DNA of 64,000 bases from Podospora anserina (GCA_017654855.1 CM030332.1:5332001-5396000); one strand, 5' to 3'. Shown: positions 39,475-51,281, numbered from the stretch's first letter. Translations and numbers: made by a program. The notes: generated by a model from the sequence alone, not told the origin.

Positions 39475-40639
39475 TGTAGCATGACCGCGAGGATGGGCGA
39501 CTCCAAAAAGGGTATATTGTTTACTTCAAAATGTGGAAGAAAGCGTGCCGCTAAACGGTTCGTGGACGGACAGGCTTGGCCCGTCTCAACCGTTACAGAT
39601 TAGAGAATGCAAACACGCCCACACCGCGGTGTTAAACTGGGTGGAATGTGTTCCAGATGTGCAGATCGCGCCAACAGCTCTCGGCCGGTTTATGATTGGA
39701 TGCAGCTGGCATCAGTCATATCTTTGGCGTCAGTCCCCACCTCCGGCGTAATCACTCCAGTAAGTTTGCTGATTCCGAAGAGATGGTGTTGGTAATAAAC
39801 TGTTGATTGTAGTAACTATGGAAAAGAGCACTGAGAAATGCTGCAAGTTCCAAACAAACCAGCCCAGGTTGGCCCAGGTTTCCTGTGGAGCCAGTTGTGG
39901 CTACCCACACAACAGATGGAAATTTGGATATCTGGTCCGCCTTGAGCAGCGAGCTTTTCACAGTGGATCGCTTCTCCAGATTGATTCTCTGCGCTCCTGT
40001 CATCTTTGGATCTCTCTGGATTACTTTTTACCGGGGAAACAGCTGAACGTGCGTCTTCAGCTTAGTTGCATGTCCTGATATGCGCAACTCGATAGACATG
40101 CCAGGGGGTTAACGCCATCTCGTCGATTTCTTAATAATATTCTTTTGAAACTCAAAGATATTGGTCTATAACCAAGGCTTGAGGTGTTTGTTCCACTTCT
40201 CGGTGCAATAGGCGGGTGGGATAACCTTGTCTTCGTAGCCGACGTAAAGCCCAGATGCCCCCCGGAATGGCCAAACCATATCTGGTCCTGGCAGTTGCAC
40301 TCTGATGCGGTATTCTAATAACGTGGAAGAGGCGCAAGAATTAGTTATTGAGTTCGACCGCAGCGTGTTATTCCTTCTTGAACTAGGTAAAAGGTTAGAA
40401 AGGTTAGGCGGGTAAACCGTGACCTTCGAATTGATAGACTGTCTAAGATAGTTTTATTCGTTATTTCAAATACTGTAACCCTTAGCGTAGAAGGGCTGGC
40501 GAGCATACGTGAAGTTAAGGGTAGTGGATATAATGGTTCTTGTTAGGATTCCTTATAGTTAAGTGGCTGGGGGTCTTATAGTCCTGGCCAAGTTATATTT
40601 GAATCGTAGCTAGGCTACTCGTTAAGAAAATAAAACAGT

Positions 40640-40915
40640 GATAACGCCCTTGTTCAGTCAAAGGAGTACGGAGCTTTGTCGGTTTTGCGAACCACTACCA
40701 AGCATTTATACGCAAGTTCTCGGAGAGAGCTCTTCCACTGACGGCTTTGACTAAAAAAGGGGTTTCTTTCAGTTGAATTCCTCAGTGCGAAAAAGCGTTC
40801 AAGACACTTAAGACACTTCTGATCAGCGCGCCAGTACTCGTCCAGTGGGACCCAGAAAGGAGGATGGCGGTGGACACAGATTCATCGGGCTATGCCGTGG
40901 GTGGGCTTCTGTTAT
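40640..40915 (+). mobile_element. Ty3/Gypsy pol fragment (RT connection / RNase H), degenerate
   Basis: [14 protein letters not shown]...[10 protein letters not shown]...CEKAFKTLK..LISAPVL..WDPER...VDTDSSGYAVGG, with stop and frameshift. Confidence 0.88.
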
Positions 40916-42299
40916 GGCAGCTCACACTAGGCAGTTCTACTCGACAGCTGAGCAGACTCAGTGAAGGGACAAGATAGAGGGTTCATAAAAAAACACAGTT
41001 CCCTTCACATGCAAAATTCCTTTCGCATGCCTATTTGTGAACACCTCGCTCAAGCATACAAATCAGTCATTTTGTTTCTTGTCAACACTTTGCATACTTA
41101 TCTTAATCTCATCCCTCTTTTAAAATTATCCCACTCCGGCTCCCTATTCGTAGCATCCATCACCAAAAGCTCCTCATCACCCATTTGCAGAACCATAATA
41201 AAGCACCCCGCAACAGTCAGTCGACCCTACGCGCCAGAGAGAATTATGCTAGCCGCTGCCGAGTCTCCACGGGATGCCCCTGCCCCTACTATCACCCGAG
41301 GCATCGACATCGAACAGGCCCTCACAAACTTGTGTAAATGGGCTGGGGGTGTGAAATCATTCCATGACTTCGAGCCAGAATATTCACCTATATTCGGATG
41401 AAACCACAGAAAAAGAGCTTATTAACGCACGAGCTGGCTCTTTGGGAGAAGCATGCCAAGGGTAAAGGAGGAGAAGAGGACGAAGGGTTGGTTATGTAGG
41501 TGGCCTTGTTACTGTTCTTGAGGTGCCAAGTCTTTCTTTGCATGATTGGAAGGCTCAATGTGGTTGGTTCTATCCAGTGCCATCCCTGGCAGACCCAGAC
41601 AACAGGCGCTTTTGGGGCATCATGAGAGGCACACCGGAGATTTTCTGGAAGTCTCTCAGGGAGATTGCGGTTATGCTGCACTCTGGTAACTAGGATGCTT
41701 GGTAAGTTTAAGGGTTTAAAGTCTGTGATATGAAGGCTAGGAAGTTTGGATTCTCGCCCTCATGCTGGAACGTCGAGTTACAGAGGAAGAAACAAGGGAA
41801 ATCTTTCAACAACATCGGCCAGACCCAGGTATGTTCAATAATCCGTAATCGTTGAGTGGCTGCTAACAACGGCGAATTAACCGGGGAACACAACAGGGGA
41901 TTTTACATCAGCGAGGATGTCACCCATTGATGGGACAGCCGACCGCTTCCTGGACTGTATGCGCTCTACGACCGCAAGCAAACAGCAGGTGATGAGGGCA
42001 GGCGCCCCAAAAAGGACGGATGGTGTTGTGGTGAAAGGATGTGCTACCGACCTGCGTTGGTGTTCTTTCTGGTCGAGGGAATGTTTTGCCGTTTTCAGAC
42101 TTATCCTGGTCTGGACGGTCACGTGATAAGGCACACGGTTACAAGCAGAGCAACCGGATGGGTAAAAGGCAACCAATGGGGAAGGGATCATGAGTTCTGT
42201 CAATCATCCAGCAATCTGGAGATAGGATCATTGTGGCTTGGAAATGATCCAGAAAAACTATAGTCTATATTTACGGAGGAACTAGCTAGCTTGTAGATA

Positions 42300-42463
42300 G
42301 TTCTGCAGTATGCAATTCACATTGTGAGTTCTCAAGGACCAAGCACTTACGAGAGACAATTGGTGATCTTTGTTGTGTACCTTTTGGCTACACCGAACCG
42401 TTATTCAGAAGCAGCCTTCAACCCAGTATCCCTTTCAGAGGTTCCGATCAGGGGTTCGTCACA
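42300..42463 (+). repeat. 3' part of an LTR, related to the copy at 43520-43753
   Basis: About 90 bp shared: CACCGAACC.TTA.TCAGAAG.AGCCTTCAA....GTATCCCTTTCAGAGGTTC.GATCAGGGGTTCGTCACA; 5' boundary not resolved. Confidence 0.7.
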
Positions 42464-42679
42464 ACTGTAACGGGCTGAGCCCTGAACCCTCGGCCCTGAT
42501 GAAGCTATTCCTAGAACACACACACACAGACCACTACTCCAGAACCCTCTATCACCACGCACTGGCCAACGCGCTCAGCCATATCAGAGGCTCATGTTGT
42601 CAAAACTTCTCTTTCTCTTTTTCTTTTCTTGTCCAAGTTCAGTGTACTCGTAGAGTGGCCTAGCTAGTTGCAATATACT

Positions 42680-43200
42680 ACCTTGATACCATTACAACAA
42701 CCTTGGGGTTCCCGGTTTATCGTATCTCGGGGGGCTACTAGATCCAGGTCCCAGTGTGTTTCCAGTTGTAGAAGAGCTTCCGAATCGGGTTTGTATCGGT
42801 CGTATAAATCCCACAGTGGGTGGTGGTGTAAGCTGAAGTCCCCTGCAAGGACTACCGGGTAGGTTGGTCTGGGTTGTTCGAGCAGACTCCTCGGGAGGGT
42901 CTTGTTGGTAGGAGGATTGTATATCGACCGGATTTCCAGACCCCTTTCTTCACGCCTTCTTCACTTCTACCTTCGCTCCTCCCTTTCCTCCTCCTTTCAC
43001 CTCTTCCTTCACCTCTTCCTTCACCTCTTCTTTCACCTCTTCTTTCACCTCTTCTTTCACCTCTTTCTCCACCCCTCCTTCAATACTTAGAAACCATACC
43101 TTGCACCAGTCTCCCGAAACCTTGTAGTCCCATTGACTGGCATCCAGTCTCTTGGTAATGAATATAGCTGCCCTGCCCTCTGGTTGATATAACAGCACCA
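42680..43200 (-). mobile_element. LINE (Tad-like) APE endonuclease fragment interrupted by a 12-bp minisatellite
   Basis: RAAIFITKRL...W...DWCKVW and GLEIRSIYNPP...VVLAGDFSLHHHPLWD (APE GDFNxHHPxW motif). Confidence 0.75.
42996..43067. repeat. Minisatellite (TTCACCTCTTCY) x6
   Basis: Six tandem 12-bp units, the last imperfect. Confidence 0.9.
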
Positions 43201-43519
43201 ACAATATCGGAATCTGGAAATGGACAATTTCCATTTCCGTTCTTGGACCTGAGCACTCGCCGCTTTAACCTGAGCAGAAGTGGAGATCTCCTGAGAGTGG
43301 ATGAGCAAAGCCCTGAGCAGGGCGAGCAATGGCTGAATCCACCTGAGACCAGGCTACACTAGAGGTAGACCATGCCAGAGCTGTTTCTGGAGCGTACACC
43401 TATTCCACGGTAATTGTTGTTAGCGCTGCAGGGGGCCTTTTGGTGGAAGTTGCTAGAAAATGGAGGGTGGCTAGGGAAAACATGCTAGCGCCCTATACAA
43501 AACACGGCTAATCATGTTT

Positions 43520-43753
43520 TGTCACGACCATGACCAACAGAAAGCATGACCCCCAACAAAAAGCACGTGACCGGTGGGAGACAGCCAATCAGGGGTGGAC
43601 CGACAGACCGAGGGGAACGACCTGTATTCATGGTATCTTGTGTTTACATTGAGTCAATCTTGCTGTGCACTGTTTAGCAGCACCGAACCATTACTCAGAA
43701 GAAGCCTTCAATTGTGTATCCCTTTCAGAGGTTCTGATCAGGGGTTCGTCACA
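43520..43753 (+). repeat. Solo LTR, ~234 bp
   Basis: TGTCACGA...TCGTCACA termini (TG...CA); 3' end shared with the copy ending at 42463. Confidence 0.7.
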
Positions 43754-44291
43754 ATAGGCCTATAATACTGGCCAGGCCAATATCTTACGATGACCCGCAC
43801 TTTGGTTGGAGGGGTGCCGTTTCGAGATGGAATTTGTATAGGCGTGAGTCGATTTTTCGCCGAACGCACCAAAATCGGGGTCAGTCAGATCGGACTCTGG
43901 CTCATCTGTTCGCTCTGGTGTGCGAGACGCTGCGCATCGGTCGGTAGGTATATGATAGAGGTCGAGTACGAACCCTATTACAGAGTCTATTCAGGTGGAT
44001 TACAATTGGCTAGCAATACAATATACGAGGTTACCCACTATACTATCTGTCTACAGTACCTATAAGGTACTTCAGTCCAGTACCACAGCTGTGAGCTTTG
44101 GGTATCGTGCATGAGCCTTCCGTTGCACTAATTACTGTGTGTGTTTACTGTTTACAGGGCCTTAGGCCTGTAAATGGCCATACCTATTTCAATAATAAAG
44201 ACCTTCGAAAACGGCCTCTTTTGTCTTGAAGTCCATCATCAGCTAGATCAACAGTCATCAAGACAAGAGATCAACCCAGCTAGTCGACACC

Positions 44292-45125
44292 ACGGCTCCC
44301 AAGTCTCTCGCCATCACGGCGGTGTACCTTTTCCTCTCTCTTGCTTCCGCAACCCCCGTCACCCTCGAAGCAAGAGATCTCCTGAACCCCATTGGACTAA
44401 CTGCCACGGCCGAGCAGGAGAAATGGTGCCCGGCTCTCGGCTATGACACCTACAGCTGCTACAACACCGTGGCCATCTCCCCGACCGGCCAGCTCAACAG
44501 CGGCCAGGACCCTGGCAAGAGCCAGAACGACATCCTCAGCTTCTGCCACAAAAAGTACTGCCTCACCAAGCACAACATCTACGTCCAGTCCAAGTGCAAC
44601 AACGGCTGGTGCGCCCATATGTACGACTACTACTTCGAGTTCGACTTCGGCATCGGCGGCCGGGAGCACATCGCCGTCTGGATTCAGAACGGACAGCTCA
44701 AGTTCGTCTCGGCTTCCGAGCACGGCAAGTGGAACATCCGCTTCCCTGGGAAGAACTCCAAGATCCGTTTTGAGGGAAGCACTCACGCCAAGATTGTCTA
44801 CCACAAAGATGGTGCTGGTACCCATGCCTTCCGCTATGCGAACAACGGTGATGAGCCTCCTGAGAACCACTGGCAGAGCTGGCGTTGGCGCATTGGTGCC
44901 GGTCTGCTGAAGTTGGACTCGATCGCCGGCAACCTGCGCACTACGCTGTCTCAAAAGGATTGGGGTAAGGCTGAGGTGGCTGTTAGGGACAAGGGCGGCA
45001 AGGCCTGGAACTTTGGCTGGTACTTGGACCGCTCCAGATACCACTGCGTTACCGAGCTCGAGTGCCCCGGTAACCTGGCTACGGCGTTTGATTCTTGGGC
45101 TTGGGTGGAAGGACAGTGGGTGTGA
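44292..45125 (+). pseudogene. Necrosis- and ethylene-inducing peptide 1-like (NLP/NPP1) gene, probably decaying
   Basis: Signal peptide; P.L.YDTYSCYN..AI...G.LNSG, CNNGWCA.MYDYYFE.D, EHIAVW, IVYHKDGAGTHAFR.A, PPENH; ACG in place of ATG; GHRHDWE heptapeptide missing. Confidence 0.85.
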
Positions 45126-45828
45126 TGGAACTACATAGACCAGGTGTTGGAATACAGGGGTTGGAAAGGCGGGATACATGTAGGAACTAGACGTACACAG
45201 TTGTCTTTATCAGCTGGGCCTTTTCTCAGGTAGCCTTCAAATTTGATTGCTTGTGTACTCTAGCCAGGTAACCAATTGGACTGACTTCAACGCATCTATC
45301 CCCTCATCCTCGTGTATTGGTTTCAAAGCGAGGGTAGAGGAAGATTGCCCGCTAACAGGAAGCTGAATGCACATAATTCTCTAGAGATAGGTAGATAGTT
45401 TCCAGTTGACGTAAACACCTATTCTCCAATGGAGCCCCAGGCCCTCCTTGCAACTTCCATACTGTGTAATATGCCCCAGGCACCTCAAATAGAATTGCTG
45501 CCCCTCAAAGCCGCTGGTGGCCCCTGCTTGCAGCTGCACGCCTAGCCAACTGCATCATGCGGATTGTTGTTGCACGCATTCCCTTGGTCTGTGAACTGAC
45601 TCCAGGCAAGGAAATTTGGGGCTGGTTGCGATGTCCGCGCCACTCTTATCTCGGATTTCCCAAATGGCATGCCTAGATTTGGGAGGTACGGAGATTGACT
45701 TTGGGTGGGTGGGATGATGACAGTGGATGAGACTCGGCTGTAGGTATAAAGCTAGCAAGTTCCATCCCATGGAGAGTCCAGAGCTTAGGTGGGTATGAGT
45801 TCAGACTACAGCCAAGAACCAACCTAAA

Positions 45829-46485
45829 ATGAAGACAGCCATTCTTCTCGCCGTCCTGTTTGTCGGGGCCAGCTCCCTTCCTGTCGCTCCATCTCTCGAG
45901 GCCAAGGTATATCTGTCCCTTTCTGTGAGTCACACAGCAGTGTTGATCTGTGCATAGGAGATACAAAACCGCCATGTTCACCCTGCCGGGGCTTGGGAGT
46001 TTCCCACAGTTGATGCCACGAGCACCCGTGCGCAGTGGGTGTCTTCATACGGAAACAAACCCCCAAAGAAGGCCCAGGAGAATGAGCCGACTGTGGATGG
46101 TACGAGCACTCGTGGACAGTGGGTGTCCTCCCACGGCAACAATCCCCCCAAAAAATTTCAAGAGGGCCCCACCGTGGATGCAACAAGCACTCGGGCACAG
46201 TGTGTGTCCTCCTATGGTAACAAACCCCCGAAGAAGGGAGCGTCGTTTTCAGACCATTGGGTAAGTTGCTCGTTGCCTTAGAAGCTACCTCCATACCTAT
46301 AGTCAGTGTGGTTCCAGGATACACGCTAACACCTTCCTCACCAGCTTCCTGTCGGTCCCGGTTACTTGGACCTTGATGCACTCGAGTCTGGCTACCATGC
46401 CCACTTGATGATCATGCACGACTCGACTTCTTGGCTTCAGTCCGGGATGACGGCCATCAAGCGTTTCATGCGCAGGTTCGCTTAA
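45829..46485 (+). CDS. Secreted repeat-peptide precursor (KEP/dikaritin-precursor-like); exons 45829-45906, 45958-46260, 46345-46485
   Basis: Signal peptide MKTAILLAVLFVGASSLP; three repeats PTVD[AG]TSTR[AG]Q[WC]VSS[YH]GN[KN]PPKK; canonical introns keep the frame. Confidence 0.75.
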
Positions 46486-47089
46486 GGCTATGGGACTGCC
46501 AGCCAGTGTTTGTTGGAGGAAGCCACTCGACGGGGTGCTGTACTGCCGGTGCACCGCCTGCTATTCATTGAGGCAATCTGAGTCATAAATGTAGAAGATT
46601 GAAGTGGGATGGTTCTTTCTTTTCCTTCCTTGACCTTTTCGTCTTAACGGTTGATTTGGCCTCGAAGGCCACTGGATGGTTTACAAGGACCAAGCACAAG
46701 GCATCTGGGCCTGAAAAAACACTCACTTTGCTCCAATGATAATATACCTGCCTCATTTAGGTAGCTACTTAGGTACCTACTATCTCACACAACGAGTAAC
46801 ACACCAATACACTGATCTCTCAGCAACTTTTAATGCGGCTGGGCCATTTGACCCCCAAAATTTGGAGTCCAAGCCTACCGCCTTTCAGCCATTCAAAAAA
46901 CAAACCAAGTAGGTGGCGGTTGAGGAATCGAGATTTTGTTGGTTACCTATCATTTGATGGCAAATACAGACACATGCAGTGCTGATAAACAACTTGGACC
47001 CCGCATCAACCAACACTTGGCGAATTTGCTGCAGGTGAATATTCACAATCCCCAAAACACAGCTAAATATTCACTGTGAACCTCTCAAA

Positions 47090-48544
47090 ATGCCCTCTCA
47101 CAATCACGCCAACTACCAAGCTCGGCTTGATTTCGTGCGCAATCTCTTGAATGACCGTTTTTCTCGGGGTAAGATACTTGACGAACCGCAGCGGATTTGA
47201 TGATTAGTCCCGCCAGCTAACTCGACCTAACAAAACAAACTTGACATCTCCCCGGTTCAGTATGACCCCGAGTGCATTTTTGAGTACAACAACTTTGTTT
47301 ACCACGTCTCACTCGCGTCGCCGCTCATCGCGGACCACTCAGACAACAACTGGAATGGCACCTTTCAGCCAGGTACTGTGGCCATTTCCAAGGGCACAAA
47401 AGACCTCGTGGTGCGACTTGGTAATCGTGATATTGAGGGTGTTCACCAAGCGACCCGTATTGAGAACGGAGTAGCAATAACCAACCTGGTCTTGGCGGCT
47501 CTCAGCCATGCCTTCCAGCCATCCATTGTTCCTCGGATTTATGGGTGGGGAAGCGCTGCAGCTGAAGCTGCTCAGGGCTGGATACTGCAGGAGTTCATGC
47601 CGGGGATTGGCGTGGACCAGCCGTTTAGTCAGCAGGATCTTGAGCAGAAGAAGGCACTGTTGGCTCAGATGGCAAAAATCGTCAAAGCCCTGCAGGCCTA
47701 TAGCCTGCCGTCTACGATCACTGGCTACGGAGGTCTGACGTTCAACGAAGGTGGTGAGATCGTCAGTGCAGCTATGCCCACGGTTGGCGCTGGGCCTTGG
47801 CCGTCTTACCAAGCGTCATTTCAATACCGCCTGGACCTGGCCCTCAAAAAGGCTGATTCAAATCCATACATCAAGGGATGGCGAGCCAATGGGCTTCGGG
47901 AGCGCATTGATGCTTTCGTCCAGCGGGGCGTTCCGGCTCAGTTCGAGTCGTTGAGCGATAAGGATGACAAGGTGGTGGTGCACTGTGATTTTAGTAAGAT
48001 TCCAAATCCCAGCACTACAGCTGTGTCAGGCTGCGTTTTGTCTCTGCCGATAGCTGACCCTCCCGATCCAGGCCCAACCAACATCTTATTTGACGAAGCC
48101 TCGGGGCGTATAACCGCCCTCATTGATTATGACTTTTCCTGGATCTCTCACCCCTCTTACGAGTTTCTGCGCTCATTCGATGGTCTCGGGGGCCAATTTT
48201 GAGGCTGGTCCAGCGACGAAGAGAGCCAGGAAGCAGCGTTGAGAGATGCCAAACTCCACGGGTTTCCTGTCTCCCTACCATCCACCACCGAGTCAGACTC
48301 GGGAGTTGATTGGGTTGTTGCGAAGGCCTGGGAGGAGGCATTGGAGGCTGAAGGAGTCAAACGACCAAGGACTATGGAAGGTGTCGATAGGGTGGCTGAC
48401 GTTGACGCAATCCTATGTGCTATTTTGCCATGGCGCGTGACCAACGCCGACATCTTGGCTCGCCAGACTGAGGAGGTTATCATTGAATGCAGAAACAATA
48501 ATGAGAAGCATCTGGACGAGTTGTTGACCCGCCTGGGATTCTGA
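47090..48544 (+). pseudogene. APH/choline-kinase-like phosphotransferase with a premature stop
   Basis: VPRIYGW, WILQEFMPG, HCDFSPTNILFD...ITALIDYDF; TGA at 48200 followed by in-frame continuation to 48544; first intron lacks a clear AG acceptor. Confidence 0.8.
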
Positions 48545-49177
48545 TCTCTGGTACAGTAAGGCAGATAGTCGGTTGGACGTGGTTTAAATGGTCCATGGGA
48601 TCGGACTTCGATGCAGTGGACGCAGAAGGAGGAAAATTGATATTTTATGTGCTCCGCGTTCTGGAAAGGTTTTTTTTATGGATTAATTCCAATAATGTAT
48701 CTTTGGGCTTACTAAAATGAACAGAGATAGACACATGCTACAAAATATACATAGGTAGGCAAGTACAGTGAGGTTGTATCCTCATTTTCCCTTGTGATTT
48801 CGGTATGAAGTTGTGATGGATAGGCACTTTAGCAACCACCGGCTAAATTGTCAACCTTGGAACACACAATTGTGGGTCGAGCACATCTCACTTATGTCAT
48901 GTTGATGTTCTGTTGATGTTATGTTGCTGGAGCGACGAGTATCTTGACTGGAATTGCGGTGAATAAGTCTTTTGCTAGGGGACAGATGGTGATTGTGGAT
49001 GGTGTTGTGAAGGTCCATGATTGTGACCGCGGAGCCACAAACCACTGCACTATGAAGCCACGTTGCATAAAAGCATCAAATCAATCAAACTGCCCAAGCT
49101 CGATCGATCCAGTCGTTATATACGTTCACGCACTGCATGTTGGCCATACCTGTCAGCCAGTGCCGTGATACTGATGA

Positions 49178-49420
49178 CTAGAAGAGGCACTTGTACCCGA
49201 CAATGGCTGCGCCAAGCATCATCAATTCATAGCCCCTGAAGTCAACACGCCCAGCACTGCTCCTGGTTGTCGTGGCAACGGCTGAAGTCCCGCTACTCGA
49301 GGTCGCCCTGTGTGAGGTGGGAGCGGTAGTGATGGAAGAGTTACCGTGAGCTGAGATTGGCATGGTGCCGAGGTCAGGCTCAGTCGCGGTTGCAGTCAAG
49401 GTGACAGAATCATCGTGAGC
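49178..49420 (-). pseudogene. Orphan terminal exon of a Ser/Thr-rich GPI-like protein
   Basis: S/T-rich stretch ending SSAGRV..hydrophobic tail; CTACAG acceptor at ~49421; no upstream exons seen (pogo relic lies there). Confidence 0.45.
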
Positions 49421-49599
49421 TGTAGCTAATCAGCATGGTGTTGAGGCCGGGCTCTGTGTATGTCGACAATATATCCTTCTCCCAGCATGCCCAGTGGTGC
49501 TCACCACTGTGATCTCCACACCGGTTTAATATCAAAAAATTTCGACCTTTCGTTTTATTTTCTTCACAATTCAACCAAAACTACCGCTTTTTTACTATT

Positions 49600-51269
49600 T
49601 CAAAATAGAATCTCTAATTCAAGCGGCCCTTCAATACCTAGAAGAAAACCCGGGAGCTCCAGTGGCACGCGTCGCCCGGGAACATGGCCTTGAACGCAGT
49701 CAGCTTCAATCTCGCCTCGAGGGCCATGGGCCTACCAAAGGGCGTGAGCCACCACACAAGCGTCTGAGTGACCCAGAAGAAGTTGTGATTTGCCGGCATA
49801 TTGATCGCCTTGATGCTCTCAATATGGCAGTACGCCCTGAGTTTATCACAGAGGCAGCAAACCGGATCCTCCTAGCCAGGTGCTCGCGCCAAGAACTCGC
49901 TGATCCCCCTCAGGTTGGACCAAACTGGGCACCCCGCTTCATTCGCCGCCACGGGTATCACAAGCAGCGCCAGAAAACCACGGCGAGCGAGCGGAAGCAC
50001 TCAGAGGATCCCCAGGCCGTTGAAAACTACTTCAACAAGCTCGCTGCCGTCGTCAAAGAGCATGGGTTACAGCCTGAGGACATATGGAATATGGACGAGA
50101 CGGGGTTTCGAAATCGGGGTGGGCAAGAGCCAGCTTATCGTGATCAAGCGCAAGAGAGCTCACTACTTTGCTATTCCTGAGAATAGGGAATCGGCCATGG
50201 CGCTCGAAGCTATCTCGGCCGTTGGGCGCTTTTGCCCACCCTTCTTGGTCTTGGCTGGCCAACTTCACATGACCCAGTGGCACAAGCAGGAGGAAGTGGA
50301 GCCAGAGACTGTGATATCGACCTCCCTCAGTTACTATTCGAATGAGGAGCTTTCTTTGGAATGGCTGAAGCACTTTGACTAGCATTCGAAGAAATCTCAA
50401 CTAGGCGCTTATCGGTTACTTATCATCAATGGGCATGGATCTCATCACACTATCCAATTTATTAAGTACTGTCAAGAAAACAACACCATTTCTTTCGGCT
50501 TACCACTAAATCTTACGCATGTTCTTCAACCTCTTTTGATGCTGTGGTCTTTCAGCCGCTCAAACATTACCATGGCAAGGCCCTAGATGTGTTGGTTCAT
50601 AATGGCCTTACAAACATCACCAAGATCGAATTCTTGGGTATGATCCAGGGTGTGCGCTCACAGGCCTCCAAAAGGCCCATTCTATCGGCTTTCACCAGAA
50701 CTGTCATCTTTCCATTCGATACCTCTGTTGTACTGGTTGAACTGCGGCAGAGGGTTCGGCCAGAGACACCCCTCTCCCACACCCAAACCTCAAGCCCTCC
50801 CCGTCAGCACACCTGTTACCCTCAAGCAGATGAACAAAGTGGCTGATAAGCTGTCGAATTCGCTACCTGACGATCTTTCTGATGAACTTGTTGATGGCAT
50901 GGGGAGGTTCATCAGGGGGTTCCTCACCACGGCTACCGAGCTGGTCCAGACGAAGAGGGGCCTGAGCGCCACATAACTGGCCCAGGCTGTTGCCAGAGCT
51001 CGCTGGGCATCGAAGGGAGGGGGGGCTTAAAATCAGGGGGGGTGCTTACTGTGGCCGATGGGCGGCAAATGGTTCGAAAGAGGGAGGACGAGGCCCTCAT
51101 CAAGGCGAAGAAGCTGGTGGAAGCGGCCGGGCAAAAGGCTCTCAATTTACGTAAGAGGGCTTGGAAAGAAGCGACCAAAGAAGCTCGCAGTTGGCGTACT
51201 ACTGGGAAGCTTAAACCGGCCGAAATTTCTGATGGATCTGGTGTTTTGAAGCGGTTACGGCGTTTTTAG
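49600..51269 (+). mobile_element. Pogo/Fot1-type (Tc1-mariner) transposase pseudogene
   Basis: HTH VAREHGL..S.L..R, CENP-B-like LS..EE..I..I..L, VG.NW..RF..RH, IWNMDETGF, RLLII[N]GHGSH, TH.LQP, VFQPLK.Y; several frameshifts and stops. Confidence 0.92.
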
Positions 51270-51281
51270 TTCAAGAGGTTC

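Noticed and set aside
42950-43234. ORF with EEVK repeats
   Set aside because: Translation of a minisatellite inside a LINE relic, not a gene.
44397-45179. Long antisense ORFs (here and opposite glucokinase, Hsp70-like and PPTase)
   Set aside because: Shadow ORFs caused by high third-position GC of the sense genes.
46005-46240. Regularly spaced DNA repeats (CRISPR-like)
   Set aside because: Eukaryotic coding tandem repeats with no unique spacers or cas genes.
47090-48544. Possible Spok meiotic-drive gene (kinase domain inside a Starship-like element)
   Set aside because: Too short and lacks the N-terminal coiled-coil/nuclease regions; the motifs fit a stand-alone APH-type phosphotransferase.
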